NCBI GenBank assembly: GCA_964575955.1
Contig: CAZNTG010000006.1
Span: 64,001-128,000 of the forward strand
Reading direction: 5' to 3'
DNA from: an uncultured Thermoproteaceae archaeon
GTDB lineage: Archaea; Thermoproteota; Thermoprotei; Thermoproteales; Thermocladiaceae
Length of the DNA stretch: 64,000 nucleotides
The first letter of the stretch is position 1. Each line of letters starts with the position of its first letter. Shown here piece after piece: positions 1-9,356 of this stretch. Below the pieces are notes generated by a model. That model had not been told where the DNA came from. It did not search any database and worked only from the letters and a program-made list of their open reading frames with translations. The translations under genes were made by a program, and so were the position numbers.

Positions 1-700
1 CGAGGAGTAGTTTAGATATAGCTAAACTAGCCTTATCTTGAGGATATATTAAACCATCTCTATACTCTTTCAATTTAGTAACATTAACATCACTATGAAT
101 AACTATTAAATCATCAAAGTCTGGATCAACACTACAAGAAATACCTTTCTCGTTGAGTCTTCTAACAACTTCGTAAACACTTACTAGATGTGTACATACT
201 CTAACATACTTAACAGGTTTTTCCATTAAAAACTTCAACAAATCTTCTATACTATCCTCAACATACATCATAAATCTCTCAATAATCCATCTGGGTGTTG
301 AATATTTTACACTTAATTTCTCAATAAAATCTTTACCATGTAGTAATTCGTTGATATCAAAATTCTTAGATAGTAAAGCTATATCTCTTATACATAGTTT
401 AAATTTTCTTAAGAATCTATACAACTTATCTACACTGTAATTTCTATACAATATCTCATAAACTAAGACTCGTAGAAGATTTTTTCTATAATTATCCAAT
501 CTTTCAAGTTTTATATTCAAAAATTCTCTACATATTGCATCTATAGTTAAATATCTCTTTGCAATATTTATTGAGAGAGCTTTAATTATAGGTCTAATAT
601 TTTCATATTTTATAAGTTTATATATTGAGTCTCTTATAGTTGTCTTCTTCTCAATACAGTATGTGAGTACTTTTGCTGTTAATTCTTCTATCGATAACAT
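1..700 (-). CDS. RsmB/NOP (NOL1/NOP2/Sun) RNA m5C methyltransferase, 5' part; runs off the window edge
   Basis: Manual translation from ATG at 700 (MLSIEELTAKV...): LSVKYSTPRWII, YVRV and KEYRDGLIYPQDKASLA are typical RsmB/Fmu motifs. Not in the ORF track because it has no stop in the window. Confidence 0.85.
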   Translation of the reverse strand, partial: MLSIEELTAKVLTYCIEKKTTIRDSIYKLIKYENIRPIIKALSINIAKRYLTIDAICREFLNIKLERLDNYRKNLLRVLVYEILYRNYSVDKLYRFLRKFKLCIRDIALLSKNFDINELLHGKDFIEKLSVKYSTPRWIIERFMMYVEDSIEDLLKFLMEKPVKYVRVCTHLVSVYEVVRRLNEKGISCSVDPDFDDLIVIHSDVNVTKLKEYRDGLIYPQDKASLAISKLLL

Positions 701-1998
701 TCTAATGTCACACTACTTCTCAAAGATAAACTTTCAATTATATACTTATGTATTTTCTCAGCTAATTCTTCCTGTTCTCTCCAATATCCTTCAAGTCTCT
801 TCAACTTCTCTATCTCTCTAAGTGTTTCTAAATATTTTGGATGTATCTTTCCTGGCTTCTCATTTTCAAATGGTGTTCCGGGTAGTGGCATAAATGTATG
901 TCCACGAATTATACATCCCTTCTTTGCAAATTCAAGCATTACTTTTGAAGTTATTTCAACATCTTCTTCAGTTTCTCCAGGTAGTCCAAATATGAAGTCT
1001 AGACATGGTGTATATCCATATTCTAGACATAGATCAACAGCCTCGTATACACATTCAATATTGTGACCTCTACCTATGTAATTTAGTAGTCTATTACTAC
1101 CTGTCTGTACTCCAATCGAGATCTTCTTATTATCTACATATTTTGAAACTACTTCAAGAACATCTCTATTAATAAAGTCTGGTCTTACCTCACTTGGAAA
1201 TGTTCCTAATACAAGTTTTGATTTACCTTCAACAGCTTCATAAGATGTTTTTAACATATTTTCAAGTGCTTTAATATTTGGTCTCTTACAATCTTTAGAA
1301 CCATATGCAAATCCATTTGGTGCTAAGTATCTTATAGTTTTAATACCAATCTTATAGTAATGTCTACACCATCTATATATTTCGTCAAGACTTCTATACC
1401 TAACCTTAAACATGTATATTCTAGGTGTTTGACAATACTTACATGCATGTTTACAACCTCTCATAATTTCAAGTGGTGCATATATTCTGAACCTGTCAAC
1501 ATATGGGCATGATGTATAGATCTTATCAGGAATGTAGTCTAGAGTCTTTATAATCTTCTCACCATCTCTATAAACTATATTTGGAACATCTCTCAAATCT
1601 TCATAACTGACTAGAGCATCTAGAAGTCTAGGTATTGTAATCTCACCTTCTCTAAGAACAGCAATATCAAAACCAAGTCTCAATAATGTACCTACAGGAT
1701 CACCAGATGCATGAGGACCACCAGCAATAAGTACTAAGTCGTGAGTTTTTCTAAGATCTCTAAGCATTTTCAATTCTTCAATAATCTCAACATCAAATAT
1801 TTGAGGTGTCATAAGTGAATACATCACAACTATGATATCTGAATCACATTTTAGAACTTCATTAACAACATCTCTAGCTAGGATTATATTCTTAACAAAT
1901 CTTCTAGATATTGAATAATTTTCAAGTATTGATAGTACATAAGCTAGAGAAAATCTACTAAGATCAGAATACTTAACTATTATAGTAACACTCTTCAC
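688..1998 (-). CDS. B12-binding-domain radical SAM protein (TIGR04013-like)
   Basis: IAGGPHASGDP and EGE in the N-terminal domain; RGCKHACKYCQTP (CxxxCxxC); DFIFGLPGET. Confidence 0.85.
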   Translation of the reverse strand: MKSVTIIVKYSDLSRFSLAYVLSILENYSISRRFVKNIILARDVVNEVLKCDSDIIVVMYSLMTPQIFDVEIIEELKMLRDLRKTHDLVLIAGGPHASGDPVGTLLRLGFDIAVLREGEITIPRLLDALVSYEDLRDVPNIVYRDGEKIIKTLDYIPDKIYTSCPYVDRFRIYAPLEIMRGCKHACKYCQTPRIYMFKVRYRSLDEIYRWCRHYYKIGIKTIRYLAPNGFAYGSKDCKRPNIKALENMLKTSYEAVEGKSKLVLGTFPSEVRPDFINRDVLEVVSKYVDNKKISIGVQTGSNRLLNYIGRGHNIECVYEAVDLCLEYGYTPCLDFIFGLPGETEEDVEITSKVMLEFAKKGCIIRGHTFMPLPGTPFENEKPGKIHPKYLETLREIEKLKRLEGYWREQEELAEKIHKYIIESLSLRSSVTLECYR

Positions 1999-2053
1999 AC
2001 TAATGATAATGATTAGGGAAGTAATTAAAATCGTAACTCTACAACTATAAGTA

Positions 2054-3901
2054 GTGACAAGTCTAACAATGAATATAGTAGATGTCGATAGTGGAAAGAT
2101 TGAAAAACTTCAAATAGATTTTAAAGATATTAGAAAGTTAATACACCCAACATTAATAATGTATAAGATATCTAAAGATCTAAATCTTAAGAATATACTA
2201 GCAATACTTCAACATCCATCAAAGCTATTTAAAATTCCTGGAACAACATCAATATACTTAATAGATATTGAAAATGATAAGATTAGCTGTGTTAGAGCAC
2301 TTGTAGGAAATATAGATTTTAAACATAAGTTCTTTGGAATATTATTCAAAGATAGGAAGCCTTCAACAATAACTATAGAAGATGATAAAATTCTATTTAA
2401 TGAACCTAAAGATAAAGATCAATATGCTAAGATAGTTGTAGATAAGGATAGATTAACTACAGACATATTTTCAATAAAGCACAATCTAAATATTGACAAA
2501 TTCGAAATATATGTTAAGAAGAGTATTAACGATTCTACAGATGTAGATATTGATAGAGAGTTTATTAGAAAAATAGAAATTCTATATAAATACTCACCAA
2601 TCATCGGTGAAGACTCTCCGGTCAGAAGACATGGTCTAAAAGCAATTATTAATAAGTTAGTTGGTTTAGAACTTAGAGAAGATGTTAAGACTAATATTGA
2701 AAATGTTAGAAGTGATTTAAGATTTTGCTGTAATTACTGTGATGTGTCTTGTCTTAATTCTATATATAACTATAATATTTTTTATTATGACTATATGTAT
2801 AGTATTATTCAAGATTTTGTATATGATAACGATCTTTTAAGTAGATTGAAGTCTAGTTGTGACGATCTTTTCTACATAGTACAGATGTTGTATATGTGTA
2901 GATTTAACTATCCTGAAAAGCTTGAGAAAGGTTTTGAGAAACCTAGTTCTAATCTATACTACTCTATAAGTATGCTTGGTCTATGTCCATTATGTATGTT
3001 ACTCTTCTCTAAGTCTAGAGATTTCAATATTGATATACCTATACAAATTTTGAAATATCTATACAAAATTGATGTTAAGTTAGACGATTTTATTAAGATT
3101 ATTGAAAAGTTCAGGCCAACATTTAGATTTTCTATAATGTTGAAGAATGTTGAAGATATTTTGAAGATTATGTATCAATTTAATGATGTTGATAAACCTG
3201 TCAATTATATTCATCCTAACTCTATTCTTAGAGATAGGAAAGTTCAGGTTGCTATTGATGTAGTTGATGTCCCTGAGCGTATTATTGATATTGCTTTTAC
3301 ATGTATATCTTCTGGAATTGATATTGTTGAAGTAGGTACACCATTATTGAAGTATTATGGAGTTAAGATTGTGGAGTTGTTGAGATCTAACCTTCCTGAG
3401 GGTACTATAATATTTGCAGATACAAAAACTATGGATGTTGGTGATCTAGAGGCAAGAATTATGTATATACATGGTGCTGATATGGTATCTACAATGGCTA
3501 TTGGAACATTATCTAAAATTAAGGAGGCAATATTTGAAGCTGCAAAATTTGACAAGATTCTACTTATAGATTTAATGCAGTGTGAAAATCCTATAAGAAA
3601 GATAGAGGAAATGAGAGAAATTCTCGAAAAAGCATATCCGTGGATAATCATATGTGTTCATAGAGGAATAACAGAGCAGATAAGAGGAATGGGTATTGAG
3701 TCAGATATAGATCTTATCAGAAAGATTAGAGAGATCTTACCTAAAGAGATACCACTAGCAGTTGCTGGAGGAATAAAGTTGGGAATAGCTAAGAAAGTTG
3801 TAGATGCAGGAGCAAATATTGTTATAGTAGGTGCAGCAATATACACATCTAGAGATATTGGAGAAACAGCTAGAAAGATTGTGAAAGAAGTTAAGTCTTA
3901 A
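2054..3901 (+). CDS. hps: 3-hexulose-6-phosphate synthase (C-terminal ~220 aa) fused to a ~395-aa degenerate AOR-like domain
   Basis: From nt 3242: VQVAIDV, IVEVGTPLLKYYG, FADTKTMDVGDLEA, AVAGGI, IVGAAI match the HPS/KGPDC family. The N-terminal part has C-x2-C-x3-C and LGLC. Confidence 0.8.
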   Translation: MTSLTMNIVDVDSGKIEKLQIDFKDIRKLIHPTLIMYKISKDLNLKNILAILQHPSKLFKIPGTTSIYLIDIENDKISCVRALVGNIDFKHKFFGILFKDRKPSTITIEDDKILFNEPKDKDQYAKIVVDKDRLTTDIFSIKHNLNIDKFEIYVKKSINDSTDVDIDREFIRKIEILYKYSPIIGEDSPVRRHGLKAIINKLVGLELREDVKTNIENVRSDLRFCCNYCDVSCLNSIYNYNIFYYDYMYSIIQDFVYDNDLLSRLKSSCDDLFYIVQMLYMCRFNYPEKLEKGFEKPSSNLYYSISMLGLCPLCMLLFSKSRDFNIDIPIQILKYLYKIDVKLDDFIKIIEKFRPTFRFSIMLKNVEDILKIMYQFNDVDKPVNYIHPNSILRDRKVQVAIDVVDVPERIIDIAFTCISSGIDIVEVGTPLLKYYGVKIVELLRSNLPEGTIIFADTKTMDVGDLEARIMYIHGADMVSTMAIGTLSKIKEAIFEAAKFDKILLIDLMQCENPIRKIEEMREILEKAYPWIIICVHRGITEQIRGMGIESDIDLIRKIREILPKEIPLAVAGGIKLGIAKKVVDAGANIVIVGAAIYTSRDIGETARKIVKEVKS

Positions 3902-3902
3902 G

Positions 3903-3956
3903 TCAGTTCGTGACCCACTCGTCACATATCAGTGGGCGCTTTTTCCCATTCATCAT
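3903..3956 (-). ncRNA. box C/D guide sRNA
   Basis: Minus strand: ATGATGA-atgggaaaaagcgccca-CTGA-tatg-TGACGA-gtgggtcacgaa-CTGA; C/D'/C'/D order, intergenic. Confidence 0.8.
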
Positions 3957-3971
3957 TTATGTAGTTTCTTA

Positions 3972-4024
3972 TCTGCTTGCTGAGTAATCATCATATTTTC
4001 AGTGTAACTCTGACTCTTCATCAA
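3972..4024 (-). ncRNA. box C/D guide sRNA (probable 23S helix 69 guide)
   Basis: Minus strand: TTGATGA-agagtcagagttaca-CTGA-aaata-TGATGA-ttactcagcaag-CAGA; the first guide is antisense to GTAACTCTGACTCT. Confidence 0.75.
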
Positions 4025-4075
4025 TTCTACTCTTATTAGAAATGATTTATAAGTACTCTTACATTTAGATGCTTC

Positions 4076-5197
4076 ATGTCTCTGATAGAGAAGATTAAGC
4101 CAATGAGTATTGGTCAGGAAAGACTGCTAAATGCATTAATGGATGATAGAAATGAGATTGTTGGTGCTTTTGGACCAACTGGTACTGGTAAGTCACTACT
4201 ATCCTGTGCATATGGAATATCTGGAGTTTTAAGTGGTAAGTATAAGAAGTTTATTATCGCTAGACCTGTTGTTGATGTTACAACTGGAGAATTGATAACA
4301 CCTGAAAGACTTGGCGATCTATACTACAAGATTGCTTCATCATATCTAGAAGATATTCTTGGAGAATTCATGTCTCGTGATGAGATACTCAAACTACTTC
4401 ATGAAGGTAAGGTCATTGTAACTGATGTATCATATTTAAGAGGTAGAACATTTGACGATTCTGTAATATTTCTAGATGATGCACAAAATGTACAACCTGA
4501 AAGTGCTGCTGAGATCTTAATGAGAATTGGTAGAAATTCTAAATTAATAATTGCTGGTGATCCAGTATTACAGAAACCTGTAACATTTGAAAAAGATGGA
4601 GCAACTCTACTAAGAGAAGTATTACTTAATGAAGAAAATGCAGCAGTAATTGATCTAGGATTGAAGGATATTGTTAGACCTGGAGCTAGGAGAGGTGTAA
4701 AAGTAATATTTGAATTGAGAATGAGGAAGAGAGAATTGACAGAGAGTGAGAGACAACTACTAGACCTAGTTAAAGTATGTGCACCAGATGCAGATGTTGT
4801 AACAGTAATAGAGTTTAAAGCTGAAAAAGATAGTTTAGGAATAAAGTCTGAAAACGTACCTGATGCATTAATAATAGCGAAAGAGGGACATCTAGGTAGA
4901 GTTGTTGGTAAAGGTGGTGAGAGAATTAGAAGTGTTGAAAATGAGTCAGGACTAAGACTTAGAGTAGTTGAAATGACTCTAGACTTCAAGAATTGGATAA
5001 GAGCAATACACCCAGTATCATGGATTGGAAAACACATAATTGATGTAGATCTAGCAGGACCTGAACTAGTAGTAACAGTTAGAAGAAATGCATTTGGAAC
5101 ATTTGTAGGACAGAGAGGAATGTATGTTAGACTACTCGATAGAATATTTAAGAGATTAATAAACGTTGGTATTAGAGCTATGGAAAGTGAAGAGTAA
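4076..5197 (+). CDS. PhoH-family ATPase with C-terminal KH domains
   Basis: GPTGTGKS, YLRGRTF, DDAQN, GDPVLQ; KH GxxG loops GRVVGKGG and FVGQRG. Confidence 0.9.
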   Translation: MSLIEKIKPMSIGQERLLNALMDDRNEIVGAFGPTGTGKSLLSCAYGISGVLSGKYKKFIIARPVVDVTTGELITPERLGDLYYKIASSYLEDILGEFMSRDEILKLLHEGKVIVTDVSYLRGRTFDDSVIFLDDAQNVQPESAAEILMRIGRNSKLIIAGDPVLQKPVTFEKDGATLLREVLLNEENAAVIDLGLKDIVRPGARRGVKVIFELRMRKRELTESERQLLDLVKVCAPDADVVTVIEFKAEKDSLGIKSENVPDALIIAKEGHLGRVVGKGGERIRSVENESGLRLRVVEMTLDFKNWIRAIHPVSWIGKHIIDVDLAGPELVVTVRRNAFGTFVGQRGMYVRLLDRIFKRLINVGIRAMESEE

Positions 5198-6280
5198 TCA
5201 ATATCTTAAAAGATCATTAACAATATCAGGGTCAAACCTATCAATCTTCATAACATTAACAGCAAAATTTAACAACGCTTCTCTAACATTTGGAGGATTA
5301 TCAGGGTAGAATAGTGGACTTGCAATAACTATAGCTCTAAATGCAAACCATGGTTGACATACATTTAAAATATCTTCATCTCCAGTATACTCAATATACT
5401 TCTTTAGAAATATTCTAAACATATTTTCAAAAACACCAGAAAACTTTCCTGTATCTAGAAGTGAAAACCATATGTAGTTAGTTAGTAGACATGTAACATC
5501 ATCAGCAGGCTCGCCCCATTCACCTCTAGATCTATCGAGAACTATCAATTCATCATTCTCTCTAAACCATATGTTAAATGGATGATAATCACCATGAACC
5601 TGACATAGTCTTGAGTAATACTTCTTAAGTCTCCATCTCCACTGTAGTGCCAAAACTTCAACCTCTCTAAGCCTATCAATAAGTTCAAAATCATCAGGAT
5701 ATGCAGAATCTACAACACCCATAATCATCTCACCATGACCAACAAGATCTCTAATTCTCCTATAGTATAGCCTTTTCATAGAATTAACATCACCTTCAAA
5801 TTTAACACTATGAATATCTACAAGATATTTAACAAGTATTTCAAGTCTTTTCAAATCTCTATCAGACAATTCTCTCCTCTTTAAAATATCTCTCAAATCC
5901 TCTATATATGGTCTACCTGAAGCTTCTTCCATAAGTATGAAAAATTCTTCATAATTACCAACACTATGAAGATCACCAAAATTATCTAAATACCCAACAT
6001 CTATAGATTTTACATGATTTGGAAGTTTATTAAAATCTTTATGAGCCATCAAAAGTACCTGTGCTCTATCTGCAGGATAGTCATGACCAAAACCTTTCTC
6101 ACCTTTTAAGAATTTTAATACAAATCTCTTAACACCTTCGCCCTCAACATCAACTTCAACTCTCCAAGCTTCAGCATGCCATCCTGTTCCAAGAAGATTT
6201 AAATTTATAACTTTCACAGGCTTTCTAAACACTTCTCTTAGATATTTTTCAATTCTATCAACACTTAGAGAGTACGTCAC
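5198..6280 (-). CDS. Aminoglycoside phosphotransferase/choline kinase-like protein
   Basis: LGTGWHAEA, VLK, HGDYHPFNI, LDRS...GEPADD kinase motifs. Confidence 0.8.
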   Translation of the reverse strand: MTYSLSVDRIEKYLREVFRKPVKVINLNLLGTGWHAEAWRVEVDVEGEGVKRFVLKFLKGEKGFGHDYPADRAQVLLMAHKDFNKLPNHVKSIDVGYLDNFGDLHSVGNYEEFFILMEEASGRPYIEDLRDILKRRELSDRDLKRLEILVKYLVDIHSVKFEGDVNSMKRLYYRRIRDLVGHGEMIMGVVDSAYPDDFELIDRLREVEVLALQWRWRLKKYYSRLCQVHGDYHPFNIWFRENDELIVLDRSRGEWGEPADDVTCLLTNYIWFSLLDTGKFSGVFENMFRIFLKKYIEYTGDEDILNVCQPWFAFRAIVIASPLFYPDNPPNVREALLNFAVNVMKIDRFDPDIVNDLLRY

Positions 6281-6331
6281 AGTGATAATGTATTTAAAAA
6301 TCTTAAATATATTACTACTGAACTAGAAGTT

Positions 6332-7717
6332 TCAAGATTTTAAACATATAGATTCACACTCATTAAATATCTTCTCAATAGTCTTATCAATCCTATCCTT
6401 AATACTATTCAATACCTCTCTCTGCTTTTCAATAGACTCTCTAGATCTTTGAATTAGAAATCTAACCTGTTCATAGCTTGAAGAGCCTAAGCTCTTCCTC
6501 ATCTTTAAAACACTTTCAGGATCTAGTAATTTAACATTCTTCTCTCTAATAGACTTTGCAATATTCATATAAACAATTCTGAATGATTTCTTTGTATTTA
6601 TAGATTCATATTCCACAGTTTCAGCAGAGGTTAAATATGTCTTATTAATTATATCATTAATAGTATCTTCATTAACTTTTAATCTATCTACTATATCCGT
6701 AAGTATTTTTAGACAATCATTAACGTCTTTAAATATGTTCCATACATGTGGTGTCACTTCCTGAAGATCTAGATAATATCCTTTACCAACATTCTTAATA
6801 ATGTTAAGTATCGATACTAAGTTGCCTATAATTATCGATATTCTAGCTCTAGCAATTTCTAAAGTTGCAGGATTTCTCTTATGAGGCATTATACTGCTTG
6901 TTGCACAATGTTCATCTGGTATGTATATTATGTTCATATCTGAAAATCTTATTAAATCATTTATGAATCTAGACAACTCAACTGCAAGACATGTTAATAT
7001 ACTTGACATTATTGTAAAGTAATCTCTACTTTCAGTAGCGTAGAGACAGTTATAGATTATTCCCATATTTAGATCAGATGCTTCTCTAGATCTATCAATT
7101 GGTGTAAGTGTGCCAACTGCAGGTCCTGAACCTAGAGGACATTTTTCAATAAAGTTTTCTAAAACATATATTATTAAATTTGTAAAGTTTTCTAACATCT
7201 CATCTACTGATAGTAGGTAGTGTGAAAATAATGTTATTTGAGCAGGTTGACCATGTGTAAATGCTATAAATCTACATCTTTCATATTCAATAGAGCGTTT
7301 AAGAATTACTTCTCTAAGCTTTAGAATATTGTTAAGTAACTCATATACATATTTTCTCAATCTTAATCTATGTGCTGTAGCTACATGATCATTTCTACTT
7401 CTACCAATACCTATCCAACCTCCACATTCAGGACCTAGTCTATCTATGAGATATTTTTCAATAAATTCATGAATATCTTCATACTTATATATTTCAGGAT
7501 TGTTATATAGATCTTCAATATTGTTATAGAGCTTCTTCAACTCTCTAAATATTTTACATAGTACATCTCTATCTATTATTCCACATCTATACACTTCTAA
7601 TACATGTTCTATTAATGTTAATATTACCTCTCTAGCAATTTCTCTATCTTCATCAATACTAGATATGTATTTCGCTAACCAATCTTCAGTTTCTCCAAGA
7701 AGCTCTTTCCTATACAC
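6332..7717 (-). CDS. argH: Argininosuccinate lyase
   Basis: EDIHEFIE, GRSRNDHVAT, THGQPAQ, TSSIMPHKRNP fumarase/ASL signature. Confidence 0.93.
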   Translation of the reverse strand: MYRKELLGETEDWLAKYISSIDEDREIAREVILTLIEHVLEVYRCGIIDRDVLCKIFRELKKLYNNIEDLYNNPEIYKYEDIHEFIEKYLIDRLGPECGGWIGIGRSRNDHVATAHRLRLRKYVYELLNNILKLREVILKRSIEYERCRFIAFTHGQPAQITLFSHYLLSVDEMLENFTNLIIYVLENFIEKCPLGSGPAVGTLTPIDRSREASDLNMGIIYNCLYATESRDYFTIMSSILTCLAVELSRFINDLIRFSDMNIIYIPDEHCATSSIMPHKRNPATLEIARARISIIIGNLVSILNIIKNVGKGYYLDLQEVTPHVWNIFKDVNDCLKILTDIVDRLKVNEDTINDIINKTYLTSAETVEYESINTKKSFRIVYMNIAKSIREKNVKLLDPESVLKMRKSLGSSSYEQVRFLIQRSRESIEKQREVLNSIKDRIDKTIEKIFNECESICLKS

Positions 7718-7719
7718 GA

Positions 7720-8016
7720 CTACTCGAGTTCTGGTCTATAGGCACCTTCTTCAATCTTAGATAATTTTAATGTCTTGACATTATTATTCATCTTGAACTT
7801 AACTACCAACTTCTTAGGCCATTGAGATGTATCAAGTTCAATAATTTCAGCATTCATTCTCCTACACAGATCCTGTATTGCATCTTTAACCTCGGATAGA
7901 TCTTCAGGCGCTGTAATTGTTGTATCAAGTTTAACACCTCTAGCAATAAGTTTTGCAAGTTCTTCTCTATCTTCCTCATATGTAATATCGTAGAATGATC
8001 TTACCTCCTCTGACAT
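7720..8016 (-). CDS. Hypothetical protein (~98 aa), probably cotranscribed with argH
   Basis: ATG at 8016 (MSEEV) lies ~25-30 nt below a TTTATAAA box; 2-nt gap to argH. Confidence 0.7.
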   Translation of the reverse strand: MSEEVRSFYDITYEEDREELAKLIARGVKLDTTITAPEDLSEVKDAIQDLCRRMNAEIIELDTSQWPKKLVVKFKMNNNVKTLKLSKIEEGAYRPELE

Positions 8017-8081
8017 AGCACTCTTAGAGTTGTCCAGATTTATAAATATGAAGTAAAGAGTTTTAAATATGCGTATACGTA

Positions 8082-8597
8082 TTGAGAAGTGTGAGTATTG
8101 CACAGATTGGGATTGATAAAATTGTTAAAAATGTAGCTAGAAAATATGGTATCAGTGATGAAGTTCTAGTAAAAGTATATTGTAGAGATGAGGAAGTTTC
8201 TGATGAGGTTCTAGATAAATTATTAAAATTTGAAAATGAAATCGCTGAAAGAGGTATTGATGTTGATGAAATAATGTCTCAATACTGTAGAGATAAAGTT
8301 GAGATAGAGAAAGAAGATGTTGAGAAGGGTAAATTAATAGAAGTTGAGAAGGTAGAGACTGTCTTAAAAGTTCCAATATTTAAAATGGGTGAAGAGAAGA
8401 TATTGAATATAGTTATTAAGAATGGTAAGATATCTCTAGAAGGCAATATTGAGGATATATGTAAAGATCCTAACGATATAGTAATCGGGAAAACTACAAT
8501 ATACATAAAATGTGGAAATACTTGGAAATCTCTACTACATAATCTTAAAGAAGATGAAGTAATTAAAATTGAGAAGATTGTGAAATCATGCTCCTAA
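8082..8597 (+). CDS. Hypothetical protein (probable start GTG 8091)
   Basis: Typical codon usage; TTTTAAATA box at ~8061-8069; overlaps the sufC start. Confidence 0.7.
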   Translation: MRSVSIAQIGIDKIVKNVARKYGISDEVLVKVYCRDEEVSDEVLDKLLKFENEIAERGIDVDEIMSQYCRDKVEIEKEDVEKGKLIEVEKVETVLKVPIFKMGEEKILNIVIKNGKISLEGNIEDICKDPNDIVIGKTTIYIKCGNTWKSLLHNLKEDEVIKIEKIVKSCS

Positions 8598-9313
8598 GAG
8601 TTGAAGATCTCTATGTAGAAGCTGGAGGTAGACTTATAGTTAGAGGTATAAATCTTGAAATTGATAGAGGTGAAATACACATAATAATTGGTCCAAATGG
8701 TGCAGGTAAGTCAACACTACTCTACGCAATATCAGGTATTCCTAAGTATAGAATTGTTAGAGGTAGAATATTGTTTAATAATGAAGATATAACTAATCTA
8801 ACATCAACAGAGAGAGTTAAAATAGGTATATGTCTTATGCATCAATTTCAACCACAGATAAAGACTGTGAAAGTTAAAGATATTGAAGAGTATATAGTAT
8901 CCAAATTTGGTAAAAATAAACTTGCAGAATATGCAAGAGAGATTTTAGAGATAGATAAGTTAGAAAATAGATCACTATTTCATAATATGAGTGGTGGTGA
9001 GAGAAAGAGATTAGAACTATACTTAACACTATTGACAAATCCTAAACTAGTGCTACTTGACGAACCTGATAGTGGTGTTGATGTTGATAGTTTATTTAAA
9101 ATTGCTGAAGTTATAAATAGAATAGTTAGTGAAGGTATAGCATGTATATTAGTTACACATAGAGGAGATATTGTTAAACTATTGAAGAAGGTTGATAGAG
9201 TATATGTTATGTGTAGTGGAAAGATTGTTGAGAGTGATGGTAGAGATGTTCTTGAGAGGGTGTTATCAACAGGATTTGCTAAAGTTTGTGAAAAATTGAA
9301 GAGTGGTCTCTAG
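8588..9313 (+). CDS. sufC: Fe-S assembly ABC ATPase SufC
   Basis: GPNGAGKST, MSGGERKRLE, LLDEPDSGVDVD; next to a SufBD gene. Confidence 0.88.
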   Translation: MLLRVEDLYVEAGGRLIVRGINLEIDRGEIHIIIGPNGAGKSTLLYAISGIPKYRIVRGRILFNNEDITNLTSTERVKIGICLMHQFQPQIKTVKVKDIEEYIVSKFGKNKLAEYAREILEIDKLENRSLFHNMSGGERKRLELYLTLLTNPKLVLLDEPDSGVDVDSLFKIAEVINRIVSEGIACILVTHRGDIVKLLKKVDRVYVMCSGKIVESDGRDVLERVLSTGFAKVCEKLKSGL

Positions 9314-9356
9314 TGGAAATATATACAAAGAGTCTTGAAAAGACAGTGTATAGGTA

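Noticed and set aside
4399-5037. 212-aa minus-strand ORF, and similar shadows such as 21701-22207 and 42342-42821
   Set aside because: They lie antisense to well-supported genes (PhoH, tfb/gar1, rrp42) and have shadow-like composition.
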